A DNA stretch of 63,594 nt, filler included, from Octopus bimaculoides (Eukaryota): assembly GCF_001194135.2 (NCBI RefSeq). It is 6 parts of 6 records of this genome, joined end to end, with 100 filler letters (N's around TTAATTAATTAA, not from the genome) between each part and the next. Parts side by side here need not be neighbours in the genome. Positions count along the whole stretch, not along the records: positions 51,513 to 58,307 come from NC_069010.1; positions 58,408 to 61,747 come from NC_068993.1; positions 61,848 to 63,594 come from NC_068984.1; 3 more parts are not named here. One strand, 5' to 3'. Positions 53,690-63,594 of this stretch are shown here, piece by piece (the first letter of the stretch is position 1; each line of letters begins with the position of its first letter). Below the pieces are notes generated by a model. It was not told the DNA's origin. It saw nothing but the letters and a program-made list of their open reading frames with translations, and made no database searches. Position numbers and translations under genes: made by a program.

Positions 53690-53890
53690 CTCTTTTACTT
53701 GTTTCAGTCATTTGACTGTGGCCATGCTGGAGCACCGCCTTTAGTCGAACAAATCAACCCCAGGACTTATTCTTTGTAAGCCTAGTACATATTCTATCGG
53801 TCTCTTTTGCCAAACCGCATGGTTACGAGGACGTAAACACACCAGCATCGGTTGTCAAGCGATGTTGAGGGGACAAACACAGACACACAA
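53690..53890 (+). mobile_element. SINE-like repeat abutting copy A (same junction as at copy C)
   Basis: 'ctcttttacttgtttcagtcatttgactgtggccatgctggagcaccgcctttagtcgaac...'. Confidence 0.85.
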
Positions 53891-53935
53891 ACATATATAC
53901 ACACATACATATATATATATACATATACATATATA

Positions 53936-54385
53936 CGACGGGCTTCTTTCAGTTTCTGTCTACCTAATCCACTCACAAGGCTTTGGTCAGCCCGAGGCTA
54001 TAGTAGAAGACATTTGCCCAAGGTGCCACGCAGTGGGACTGAACCCGGAACCATGTGGTTGCTAAGCAAGCTACTTACCACACAGCCACTCCTACACCTA
54101 TATATTTTCTTATCTTCTTTTTTACCATTTTACTGGTTTTATTCATAGGCCTGTGGCCACACTGGAGCAGCTCCTTCAAAAGTTTTTGTTCGATCATATC
54201 AAGCCCAGTATTTTTTTTTCATCCAGTTGTGACTGTGTTTTTAAGAAGCTTGCTTACCAATTACATGGTCTTGGGTTCAGTTCCACTGCACAGCACCTTG
54301 GGCAAGTATCTTCTACTATATCCTCGGGCTGACCAAAACCTTGTGAATAGACCTAGTATATGGAAACCGAAAGAAGCCTGCCAGA
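53936..54385. mobile_element. Oppositely oriented pair of tRNA-headed SINEs (- at 53936-54100, + at ~54225-54385)
   Basis: 'gggactgaacccggaaccatgtgg' versus 'catggtcttgggttcagttccactgcacagcaccttgggcaag'. Confidence 0.8.
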
Positions 54386-54399
54386 TGTGTGTCTGTGTG

Positions 54400-54634
54400 T
54401 TTATAATCTAGGCTTTTTTTTTTCCGCCCTTTCAAAGCCAAGCCAGGCTCATGGGCCCGGTTTCCAGGTTTCAATGGTGTATACATTCCCCAGCTGGATG
54501 GGACGCCAATCCATCGCAGCGTTACTCATTTTTGCCAGCTGAGTGGACTGGAGCAACGTGAAATGAAGGAATCGAAACCACAATCTTACGATCATGGTGC
54601 TGACACCCTAACCACTAAGCCACGCGCCTCCACA
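54400..54634 (-). mobile_element. tRNA-derived SINE (second head type)
   Basis: Minus strand TGTGGAGGCGCGTGGCTTAGTGGTTAGGGTGTC...GTGGTTTCGATTCC shows Pol III A/B boxes; same family as 59682-60005. Confidence 0.8.
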
Positions 54635-54635
54635 A

Positions 54636-55260
54636 CCTAGGCTATACTCACCATATTTACCCAAGTTTTCACAAATACACTACAGGACAGCAATTCTATG
54701 TCCAGCATTACATATCTCCCAAGGAAGAAAAAAGCGCCATTGTCAATCCTTTTAAATGTGTCCAAAATATGCTTCATTTTATTTTTACCATAGCCACCAC
54801 TGTAACAAAACGTGTCTGCTCTTCCCTCCCAAAAGTATACGGTGGAGTGATCTTCACGTTGCACTTGGCTGTCAGCTAGCTTGGTCAAATACGTGATTGT
54901 TATTATTATTATTATAATATATAACACGCCACTACCGCCAGCAGTAAAAGTGTTAAAACCACGACCACCACCACCAACATCTTCAGCAGCAGTAACAGAT
55001 GCAATAGTAGCGGAGTAGTATTAGTTTCCCTAACGTTTCTAGTAAAATTGCTTTTCTCTTTACTAATGTTAATTACTTCTCTGTGTGAATTGTTTTATCG
55101 TTTGTTGATAATCAACCATTTCTGTGGGAAAATCTTTAATTAACCTAGGATAATTATAGTAAGTTTCATATGTTTTATTTAATGCATAAAGCATAGACAC
55201 ATGCAACTATATATATATACATATGTATATATTTATGGAAAAAGTAAAACCAAATATCAT
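54636..55260 (-). repeat. Unclassified triplicated unit, copy B (inverted, truncated by the SINE at 54634)
   Basis: Reverse complement closely matches copy C; the 69-nt core is identical. Confidence 0.9.
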
Positions 55261-55437
55261 ATATATATTAAACTGGGGTATATATGCTGTTTATTTGAAA
55301 AATGGCCGACAGGTTAATTTCACTGAAATATTTGCTGCACAGCAACCATAGAATCCAAAGAATAGACTTACATGGATATATATCAACCCATGCTAGCATG
55401 GAAAGCGGATGTTAAACGATGATGATGATGATGATGA

Positions 55438-55473
<36 letters not shown>

Positions 55474-55763
55474 TCGATGCTGGTAGTTTTATTAATGGTA
55501 GAAAGTTGGACATTCTTTGACTATACCAAGAGAAACCATTGATGAATTCATTACCGAAAAACTTTGCAATTTAGCAGAAAAATATCAAAATAATTTCTAA
55601 ATTTGATGTTGATTTGTATGTTTTGGAAACTTTAGGATATCTACAATTTGTTAAACCTGCCAGCTGTAATTTTTCATAAAGCTCTTTAAAATGAATATTT
55701 TAAATAGTATTTTGGAAGAATATATTTTAGAGAATGTGGAATTTAAGCCTGAAAAACTGTTAA

Positions 55764-55985
55764 CCCATTTGTTAGCATATTTCTGTTGAGATGCTTTGTG
55801 TTTCTTTCAATTAATTCTAAATATAACAAAGAATTTAATAAAATAACTTAGTTATCATTAAACCAGTGTTAGGAACATAAATTGTGACTAAGGTTTGGTG
55901 GAAGATTTTAATTCAGAACTTTTGAAAAGAAGACATTTGTATTACAGAACCAGAGGTGGTTTCAGCTGGGTTGGTATCAAAAGGG
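55764..55985. mobile_element. piggyBac-type MITE
   Basis: TTAA|CCCATTTGTTAGC ... GGTATCAAAAGGG|TTAA: TTAA target duplication (55760-63, 55986-89) and CCC/GGG termini. Confidence 0.8.
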
Positions 55986-57259
55986 TTAAAGAAGTTGTAG
56001 GGAATATAATCGATGAGGATGGGTACCAACTGTGGTTATGATGAATCTTTTCATAACAACACCTTTAATATAAATGTGTGTGTGTGTTTATTGCATGCAT
56101 TCGTGAAATTAAATATATTCTTTACTGAAAATATCATGCTTGTGATGGGAAAGAAGCTGAAGGAAAAAAACTGGTGGTTGCTGTTCCAGGTACATGACTA
56201 GATGATGGAAGTTGACCTGGAGAAGAAGCTAAAATTTCTGCCATTTATCATCCAAATGATACCCCTGGGAGGGTAACTTTCTAGGTGCAATCCCAGGGAC
56301 AGTCATAACTGAAGGGGGTCTCAGCACACACACACAAACATATATATATGAACGTATATACATACATGTACATATATATGCATATACTCATATATTGTTT
56401 GTATCACGACAGANNNNNNNNNNNNNNNNNNNNNNNNNNNNNNNNNNNNNNNNNNNNNNNNNNNNNNNNNNNNNNNNNNNNNNNNNNNNNNNNNNNNNNN
56501 NNNNNNNNNNNNNNNNNNNNNNNNNNNNNNNNNNNNNNNNNNNNNNNNNNNNNNNNNNNNNNNNNNNNNNNNNNNNNNNNNNNNNNNNNNNNNNNNNNNN
56601 NNNNNNNNNNNNNNNNNNNNNNNNNNNNNNNNNNNNNNNNNNNNNNNNNNNNNNNNNNNNNNNNNNNNNNNNNNNNNNNNNNNNNNNNNNNNNNNNNNNN
56701 NNNNNNNNNNNNNNNNNNNNNNNNNNNNNNNNNNNNNNNNNNNNNNNNNNNNNNNNNNNNNNNNNNNNNNNNNNNNNNNNNNNNNNNNNNNNNNNNNNNN
56801 NNNNNNNNNNNNNNNNNNNNNNNNNNNNNNNNNNNNNNNNNNNNNNNNNNNNNNNNNNNNNNNNNNNNNNNNNNNNNNNNNNNNNNNNNNNNNNNNNNNN
56901 NNNNNNNNNNNNNNNNNNNNNCCTTGTTCTTTTGCCACGTCATGTACCCAGTTATGTATCTATATGTACATGTGGATGAATGTATATACATACATGTACA
57001 TATATATGCATATACTCATATATTGTTTATATATATATATATATATTTGATTAATAAATTCAAAAAGGGGTAAAAATCTTTTACAAGGATTTTATCAGGA
57101 AGCCAGTGTGTAAAAAAATTCATAAGAGACTAAATGTGTTTATTTTGGGAAGTCCAGTGTGTAGCATTATTCTGTAGTAATGCCCCTTATATAAATATAT
57201 ATATATATAGAGATAGAGCCCTGTGTATTTTTTACCTGAGATATTTAAAGATATTCGAA

Positions 57260-58127
57260 GAGTTCTGGTTCTAATTTTTCCCATATATATATATTTATAT
57301 AAATATCCACATGTAAATTGGAATATGTTTGTGTCCATATGTCTAGATATAAATATATACAGATGAGTGTGTCTGCGTTTTATGCTCATGTTAACAAACA
57401 CAACAGATGCATTGAATAAAACATATGAAACTTACTATAATTATCAGAGGTTAATTAAAGATTTTTCCCACAGAAACGGTTGATTATCAACAAACGATAA
57501 AACAATTCACACACAGAAGTAATTAACATTAGTAAAGAGAAAAGCAATTTTACTAGAAACGTTAGGGAAACTAATACTACTCCGCTACTATTCCCTCTGT
57601 TACTGCTGCTGAAGATGTTGGTGGTGGTGGTGGTCGTGGTTTTAACACTTTTACTGCTGGTGGTAGTGGCATGTTATAGATAATAATAATAATAATAATA
57701 ACAATCACGTGTTTGACCAAGCTAGCTGACAGCCAAGTGCAACGTGAAGATCACTCCACCGTATACTTTTGGGAGGGAAGAGCAGACACGTTTTGTTTCA
57801 CTGGTAGCTATGGTATAAATAAAATAAAGCATATTGTGGACACATTTGTGGGGATTGTTGACAGGGCTTTGTTTCCTTCTCTTGCTCTCAGAAACATTGC
57901 CAGGTTCCGTTGTCGAGAGACAGGTAAAACTTGAGGGAGAATTTTTGTGTTATTGTATATATTTGTTAAAAGTTGGGTAAGTATGATGAGTATGGCCTCG
58001 GCTAACCGAGTCTGGTCTGAGATAAAAACATGGAGAGGACCCTGGCTATTGATAGTCTGGGTTATCTGCAATATCTGTCAGGGTCCCTTTTTGGCCCATG
58101 GTAGATGTCCTCCTTATTGTGACTATA
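57260..58127 (+). repeat. Unclassified triplicated unit, copy C
   Basis: Inverted relative to B, direct relative to A; followed by the same SINE (58128-58307) at the same 'ttattgtgactata' junction as A. Confidence 0.9.
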
Positions 58128-59549
58128 CTCTTTTACTTGTTTCAGTCATTTGACTGCGGCCATGCTGGAGCACTGCCTTTAGTCAAGCAAATCGACCCCA
58201 GGACTTATTCTTTAGAAGCCTAGTACTTATTCTATCGATCTCTTTTGCCAAACCGCTAAGTTACGGGGATGTAAACACACCAGCATCGGTTGTCAAGCGA
58301 TGTTGGGNNNNNNNNNNNNNNNNNNNNNNNNNNNNNNNNNNNNNNNNNNNNTTAATTAATTAANNNNNNNNNNNNNNNNNNNNNNNNNNNNNNNNNNNNN
58401 NNNNNNNTCTCACTGTATCGACCTGGCTATCGGATGTTGCTATACACCACTGGTCATGATACGCTTCCTCATATTGTTGCCAATGTGCTGATTGGGTAGG
58501 CAGGCCTACATTCCCCACTGAATGGAACCCATCTGCAGCTGAGTGGACTGGAGCATTGTGAAATGAAGTGTTTTGCTCAAGGATACAATGCGACTCTGGG
58601 GGAGTTTCGTTTGCTGATGGTACTTCTACGCATTTTAGTACTATGCGTCTATGAGGGATGCTTTCTCGGGACATTGTAGCTTTCTTACAGTAAATCCAAA
58701 TTAAGGCAGATATACAGATTACTCTTCACGCACATTTACACACACACACACACATACACACACACACACACAAATACACACCCGCATACAAACACACATC
58801 TCTCATATACATACACATTAGGAGGTAGAGGGCAGACAGTAAATTAAACATTAATTTGGCAGACCTCGACCTACAACAGCCATAACTGATCTCCGTACCT
58901 TTTACAATATAATTACTTTTGTTTTATTAGCCAACAGTTTCTACACACACACACACGTGAGCACGTACACTAAACGTTTCGTCTGATTTATTAGATTCTG
59001 AATAATGAGAAAATAAGGTTGCTTTTTTAAAGATTTTCTTTGTATATCTTTTATTTTATGGTCATCTCGTTTTTTATAATTTGTTTTTTTTTTGTTTTTC
59101 TTTTCTGTTCTTTTCTTTTGCCGTCGTATATTTGTCAAAATCTCTAAATGAAATCTCTCTCCATACAATAATCATTACCATCTCATACAATGTAATCGTG
59201 CTGTGTTAAAACCTGTTTCATTTGTTGACTTAAACCTTTCTTATTTTCCCTATTGTAACAGCTGCACATTCTTATGGCAATTTTCGATTTCACTGGCATC
59301 GACATGAATATCGCATTAAATCTGAAGCCTTTTCTTTAAATTTCATTTATCCTGTTAAATTTCCAATTTCACTATATTCCTGTTTATACTTCCTATTCTT
59401 CCACCGCTGCAAAACCAAAACAAAAGACAAAAAAATCTTTATCTTGGCAGTTCAGTAAAAGAGACCGATAGAATAAGTCTCTGACTTTACAAAAACATTT
59501 AAATAAGCACTAGGGTTGATTTGTTTGACTAAAATCCTTAAAGGGTGTG

Positions 59550-59648
59550 CCCCAGCATGGCCACAGTCCAATGACTGAAACAAGTAAAAGAATAAAAGAT
59601 CGTTTATTTTTTACTTGTTTCAGTCATTGGACTGCGGCCATGCTGGGG
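59550..59648. other. Near-perfect 99-nt hairpin formed by two head-to-head SINE ends
   Basis: 59550-59589 pairs with 59609-59648 (40 positions, one A.C mismatch at 59563/59635), then a 1-nt bulge, 6 bp (AATAAA/TTTATT) and a 6-nt loop. Confidence 0.9.
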
Positions 59649-59681
59649 TACAAATCAAACCTAGTACTTATTCTAATGAAT

Positions 59682-60005
59682 GCACGTGTGGCTTAGTGGT
59701 TAGGGCGTTCGGCCTATGGTCGTTAGGTCGTGAGTTCGATTCCTGGTAACGCATTGTTTCCTTGAACAAGAAACTTTAATTTGCGTTGTCCCAGTTCATT
59801 CAGATGGTAAAAAATGAATTATACCTGTAATTCAAAGGGGACCAGCCTCGTCACATTGGGTGTCACGCTGAATCTCCTTGAGAACTATATTAAGAGTGTG
59901 TGTGTATCTGTGGAGTGCTCAGCCAATTGCACGTTAATTTCACGAGCAGGCTGTTCCATTGATCGGATCACCTGCAACACTCGTCGTTGTAACTAATGGA
60001 GTATC
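59682..60005 (+). mobile_element. tRNA-derived SINE, near full length
   Basis: A box TGGCTTAGTGG, B box GTTCGATTCC, then a 'cattgtttccttgaacaagaaacttta' central domain. Confidence 0.85.
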
Positions 60006-60453
60006 AGTTCCACATGTATTTTGTCAGTCTCTTCTGCTGAATCTTCAGGTGACCAGGGCTGTTGCCAAGCGGTGGTGAGGGAGAAACACAAAGATGTGCA
60101 TACACATACATGTATACGTACATATTTACAGGCACACACATACATACATGTACATATATTTGCTTATCTCAGCCTAACGAATATATGTTAGGCCTAATGA
60201 GCTACGCTTATTATACGATGGAGCTGACTCAAACTGTTATCAAATTATAAAGTGTGTCTGTGTGCGTCTCTCTCTGTGTATGTGTGTGTATGTGTGTGTG
60301 TGAGTGAGTGAGTGAGTGAGTGTGTATCGTCAGTAAATCATAAATCCGAAAGAGAAGCACACTCTAAGTTATAGTGGAGGGAGAAAACACCTCGTGTCTA
60401 ATTGTTGAGTACACAGACAAAGGAGAGGGATTAAGCGTAAGGAATCGTCTCCC

Positions 60454-60946
60454 TTAGACATTTCGTAGTCGATGTAGTTTGCTTGTGGGCTCCAGGACTT
60501 CAGTAGGAATTTCCTTAAGTGTAAGCAGGTTCTGAAGACTTCCGTCCTGGAATTTAAGATGCTCTCCGATTGCAACGCTTATTCCCGTTGATGTAGTATC
60601 TTCCATGAGATTACGTGTGGAGTCACTTCGTCCTTCAAGCGCCACACATGACTGACCAAAGACGTCTCTCCGGGATCCTGAACGGAGATCTGTGATTGGA
60701 GAGGCGTTGCTTGAAAGTGTTTTCGAAACATCTGATGTATCTTTGTATACCGCTGCTGGCGATGCTGCTTCTGTTGATGTTGACGCTGCTACTTCCGCTG
60801 GTGTTGGCGTCGTTAACGCTGGCATAGGGGACAATCGTCGGACCAAATCAGAACTCATTTTCCCAAGGTGCCATAGTGCAGAGGGACTAAACCTGAAATC
60901 AAACGATTGCGAACTGAGATTTTTAACTGCATAGCTACATCTGCAC
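60454..60946 (-). CDS. Candidate terminal exon / orphan ORF encoding an S/T/A/P-rich low-complexity protein
   Basis: Acceptor 'aattttctttatag|' ends at 60947; frame open to TAA at 60454; in-frame AAA-ATG at 60858 gives 134 aa (MSSDLVRRLSPMPALTTPTP...). GC-richer than the flanks and not a simple repeat; no known domain recognised. Confidence 0.45.
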
Positions 60947-61219
60947 CTATAAAGAAAATTATCCCTTCATAGTCAGACTTCCATTTATAGGAACCTCATT
61001 ATTTTCAAACTATTTCTTTTCTTTCAGCTTTCCCCATAATTTATGTATTCCTTTGAACGCTTTCTGTTGCCACAGATGGCTTCCAGTTTTGACACGGACA
61101 CTTTTGCTATCCTACCATCTTTTGTTTTATTAACGCCCTTCTGCAGGCGATATTGAGATAATATCAATGATAAACAGTATTTTATATATGTGAGTGTGCG
61201 TGTGCGTGTGTGCGCGCGT

Positions 61220-61535
61220 GTAGGAGTGGCTGTGTGGTAAGAAGCTTGCTTCCCAACCACGGGTTCAGTCCCACTGCGTGGTCCCTTGGGCAAGTGTCTT
61301 CTACTATAGCGTCTGACCGACTAATGCTTTGTGAGTGGATTTGGTAGACGGAAACTGAAAGAAGCTCGTCAGGCGCAGGAGTGGCTGTGTGGTAAGTAGC
61401 TTGCTTACCAACCATATGGGTCCAGGCTCAGTCTTACTGAGTGGCATCTTGGGCAAGTATCTTCTACTCTAGCCTCAGGATGACGAAAGCCTTGTGAGTG
61501 GATTTGGCAGGCAGAAACTGAAAGAAACCCATCGT
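61220..61535 (+). mobile_element. Head-to-tail dimer of tRNA-headed SINEs
   Basis: Two consecutive '(g/t)aggagtggctgtgtggtaag...gaaactgaaagaa' units (61220-61370, 61375-61535). Confidence 0.9.
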
Positions 61536-61847
61536 GTGTACGTATGTGTAAGTGTGTGTGTGCGCGCGCGCCTATCACTGCTTCAGAACTTCTGTTTGTG
61601 TGGTGCTCCAGGTCGTACTCCAGCATGGCCGCAGTCAAATGACTGAAACAAGTAAATGAATAAAAGAATATATTGGTTAGACTGAGCAGGAAACGTAAGG
61701 CCTGTAGTTACTTCATGCTGTCTTCAGCTGGATTTTAAGGAATAATTNNNNNNNNNNNNNNNNNNNNNNNNNNNNNNNNNNNNNNNNNNNNTTAATTAAT
61801 TAANNNNNNNNNNNNNNNNNNNNNNNNNNNNNNNNNNNNNNNNNNNN

Positions 61848-62069
61848 AACAATTTAACCTCTTTGAAAGTCCAATAGATCTGTCATTTTAATGAATTTTA
61901 ATTACTTTTTTCTGATGATATTTGAAAAGAAACAGCAATTTTAACAAAATATATTAAGCAACAATAATAATAAATAAAAAACAAAACAAAAATAAACAAG
62001 CTTTTGATGGTTTTATAGATATTTCAAAATTATGATGCTAGGTGTTTCCATTATTTTTTCCAACCCTTG
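61848..62069. mobile_element. One terminus of a Tc1-like element or MITE
   Basis: Ends ...GGTGTTTCCATTATTTTTTCCAACCCTTG|TA, i.e. a TA-CA(A)GGG-type TIR; the other end is lost in the gap. Confidence 0.5.
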
Positions 62070-62103
62070 TATATAATTAAAAAACGAGCATATGCTAAAT
62101 ACA

Positions 62104-62943
62104 CAGGGTATGATGGATAAACTGTCGCCGCTTCATGTTTTTAATTTCTCGCATGTGCATTGTTTGTTTTTGATTTTATCAACTACACAGTATGGTAGGG
62201 CCAGTTTGGCACTTTTTTTTTTTAGAAAAAACAGCACCTTGACGCAATTCACTCTGCCAGAAATTTGGAAACCACATGCTGTATTGCTTGGCATTCGCAC
62301 TGAAAGCTCTGATACGAACATTCTAGAGTGTTTGGGCGTCAATCTGAGGACATGTACCGAAAGTGATAAAAATCAATTATCCAGTCAATATCGTGGTGTT
62401 TGGCGTGATGGCAATATTATGCCTCCATTCATCTTCTCACACGACTTCAAGCTCAACACGGAGGCCTACATCAAATGCCTGGAGGAGGTAATGCTGCCCT
62501 TGGTCAAGAGGGTGGCTGCTGGAAGACCCAATGTTTGGCAACAGGACTCTGCACTATGCTACACAAACAGGAGAACCCAGTCATGGCTGTCAGCTAATTT
62601 CTGCAACCACATCACCCCTAACATCTGGCCACCTCACTCCCCAGACAGACTGCAATCCCTTGATTATTATGTGTGGGGGCAGATGAACGAGAGACCAACA
62701 AAACTCCTTGTAACACCAAAGATGAACTGAAGGCAGGGATTATGGCAGCATTCAACAACTTAAACAAGAAGACTGTCCAAAAGAATTGTAGGAGAAGCCA
62801 ATGGCAATTTTATTGAATAAATTTACTCTTTAGTATTTCAAGATATTTTTATGTAATTTTGGTTAATATATTTGTTAAAATGAATTGTCAGTGTTATTTT
62901 CATTTTTGCATAGTTTAGACGACAGTTTATTCATCGCCCCCTG
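62104..62943 (+). mobile_element. Internally deleted maT/DD37D-like Tc1/mariner element with both TIRs
   Basis: 26-bp TIRs CAGGGTATGATGGATAAACTGTCGCC / rc CAGGGGGCGATGAATAAACTGTCGTC (21/26 identical); TA at 62944-45; internal WQQDSALCYTNRRTQSWL..WPPHSPD..DYYVWG; same family as 51513-52105. Confidence 0.9.
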
Positions 62944-63002
62944 TATATGTGTGTGTCAATTTATAAATATATGCACGTATGTTTGGATTTGTGTATGTAT
63001 TT

Positions 63003-63215
63003 GTCTCTCTCTCTTTCCCTCCTTTCTCTCTCTCTCTCTCTATCCCTCCTTTCTCTCTCTCTTTCCCTCCTTTCTCTCTCTCTCTTTCCCTCCTTTCTCT
63101 CTCTCTCTTTCCCTCCTTTCTCTCTCTCNNNNNNNNNNCTCTCTCTCTTTCCCTCCTTTCTCTCTCTCTTTCCCTCCTTTCTCTCTCTCTTTCCCTCCTT
63201 TCTCTCTCTCTCTCT
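63003..63215. repeat. Polypyrimidine minisatellite, unit ~TTCCCTCCTTT(CT)n
   Basis: About 9 units; source of the SLFPSF/ERKEGK ORFs. Confidence 0.9.
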
Positions 63216-63594
63216 CATATAGTGAAAGACATTAGAGGAAACTTGAATTAAGTGCAGAGTGCCATTATAGTTCTGAATGAAAAAAAAAAGTTGAACGATA
63301 TAAATAAATATGCTACAGATACTTTCAGCTTGAATCTACTTCCAACAAAAATAGATTTCATAAGAGGAATGTTCATGAGATAGAAGCAAGGTTACAAGCC
63401 TACTCCATAAGGAAAACAGTATAAAACAAATGAGAGAGAGAATTGTAGCTGTGATAGTTTCAAAGTTTTTTTTTATATTTCTGTATAAACTGAATAAGCA
63501 AGAACAGATATTGATTGTTCAATATATGGCAGTAATTTGTGAAAAACATTGGATTCAACGAAGATAGAACAAGAATCTGATACATGTGGATCAT

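Noticed and set aside
54560-54634. tRNA genes suggested by A/B boxes (also 59682-59750, 61220-61290)
   Set aside because: These are SINE heads continuing into family bodies; no cloverleaf.

Overview
Gappy, very AT-rich eukaryotic genomic DNA. The SINE families and extreme microsatellite load point to an octopus (coleoid cephalopod); this is an inference from pattern recognition, not a database match. No recognisable full protein-coding gene, intact RNA gene or CRISPR array is present. Most long ORFs in the track are microsatellite or N-gap artefacts. The window is dominated by decayed mobile DNA: at least seven R4/Dong-like (REL-endonuclease) LINE fragments, most in or next to (TAA)n repeats; a Tx1/L1-like LINE 3' end; RTE-like fragments; a Penelope GIY-YIG fragment; mariner and maT(DD37D)-like Tc1/mariner relics; a piggyBac-type MITE; and dozens of SINEs. 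Structures not explained by these: (i) a locally triplicated ~0.6-1.2 kb unit at 52.7-58.3 kb (direct/inverted/direct) with exon-like islands of conservation; (ii) a ~200 bp inverted repeat at 13.5/14.6 kb whose arms both keep AG...GT(A/G)AGT splice-like motifs; (iii) three LINE 3' ends truncated at the same point in (TAA)n; (iv) a 99-nt near-perfect hairpin at 59.55 kb; (v) an orphan S/T/P-rich minus-strand ORF/exon at 60.45-60.95 kb. Five N44-TTAATTAATTAA-N44 spacers are artificial joins, so order and orientation across them is uncertain. Repeat boundaries are approximate (+/-20 nt) unless motifs are quoted.
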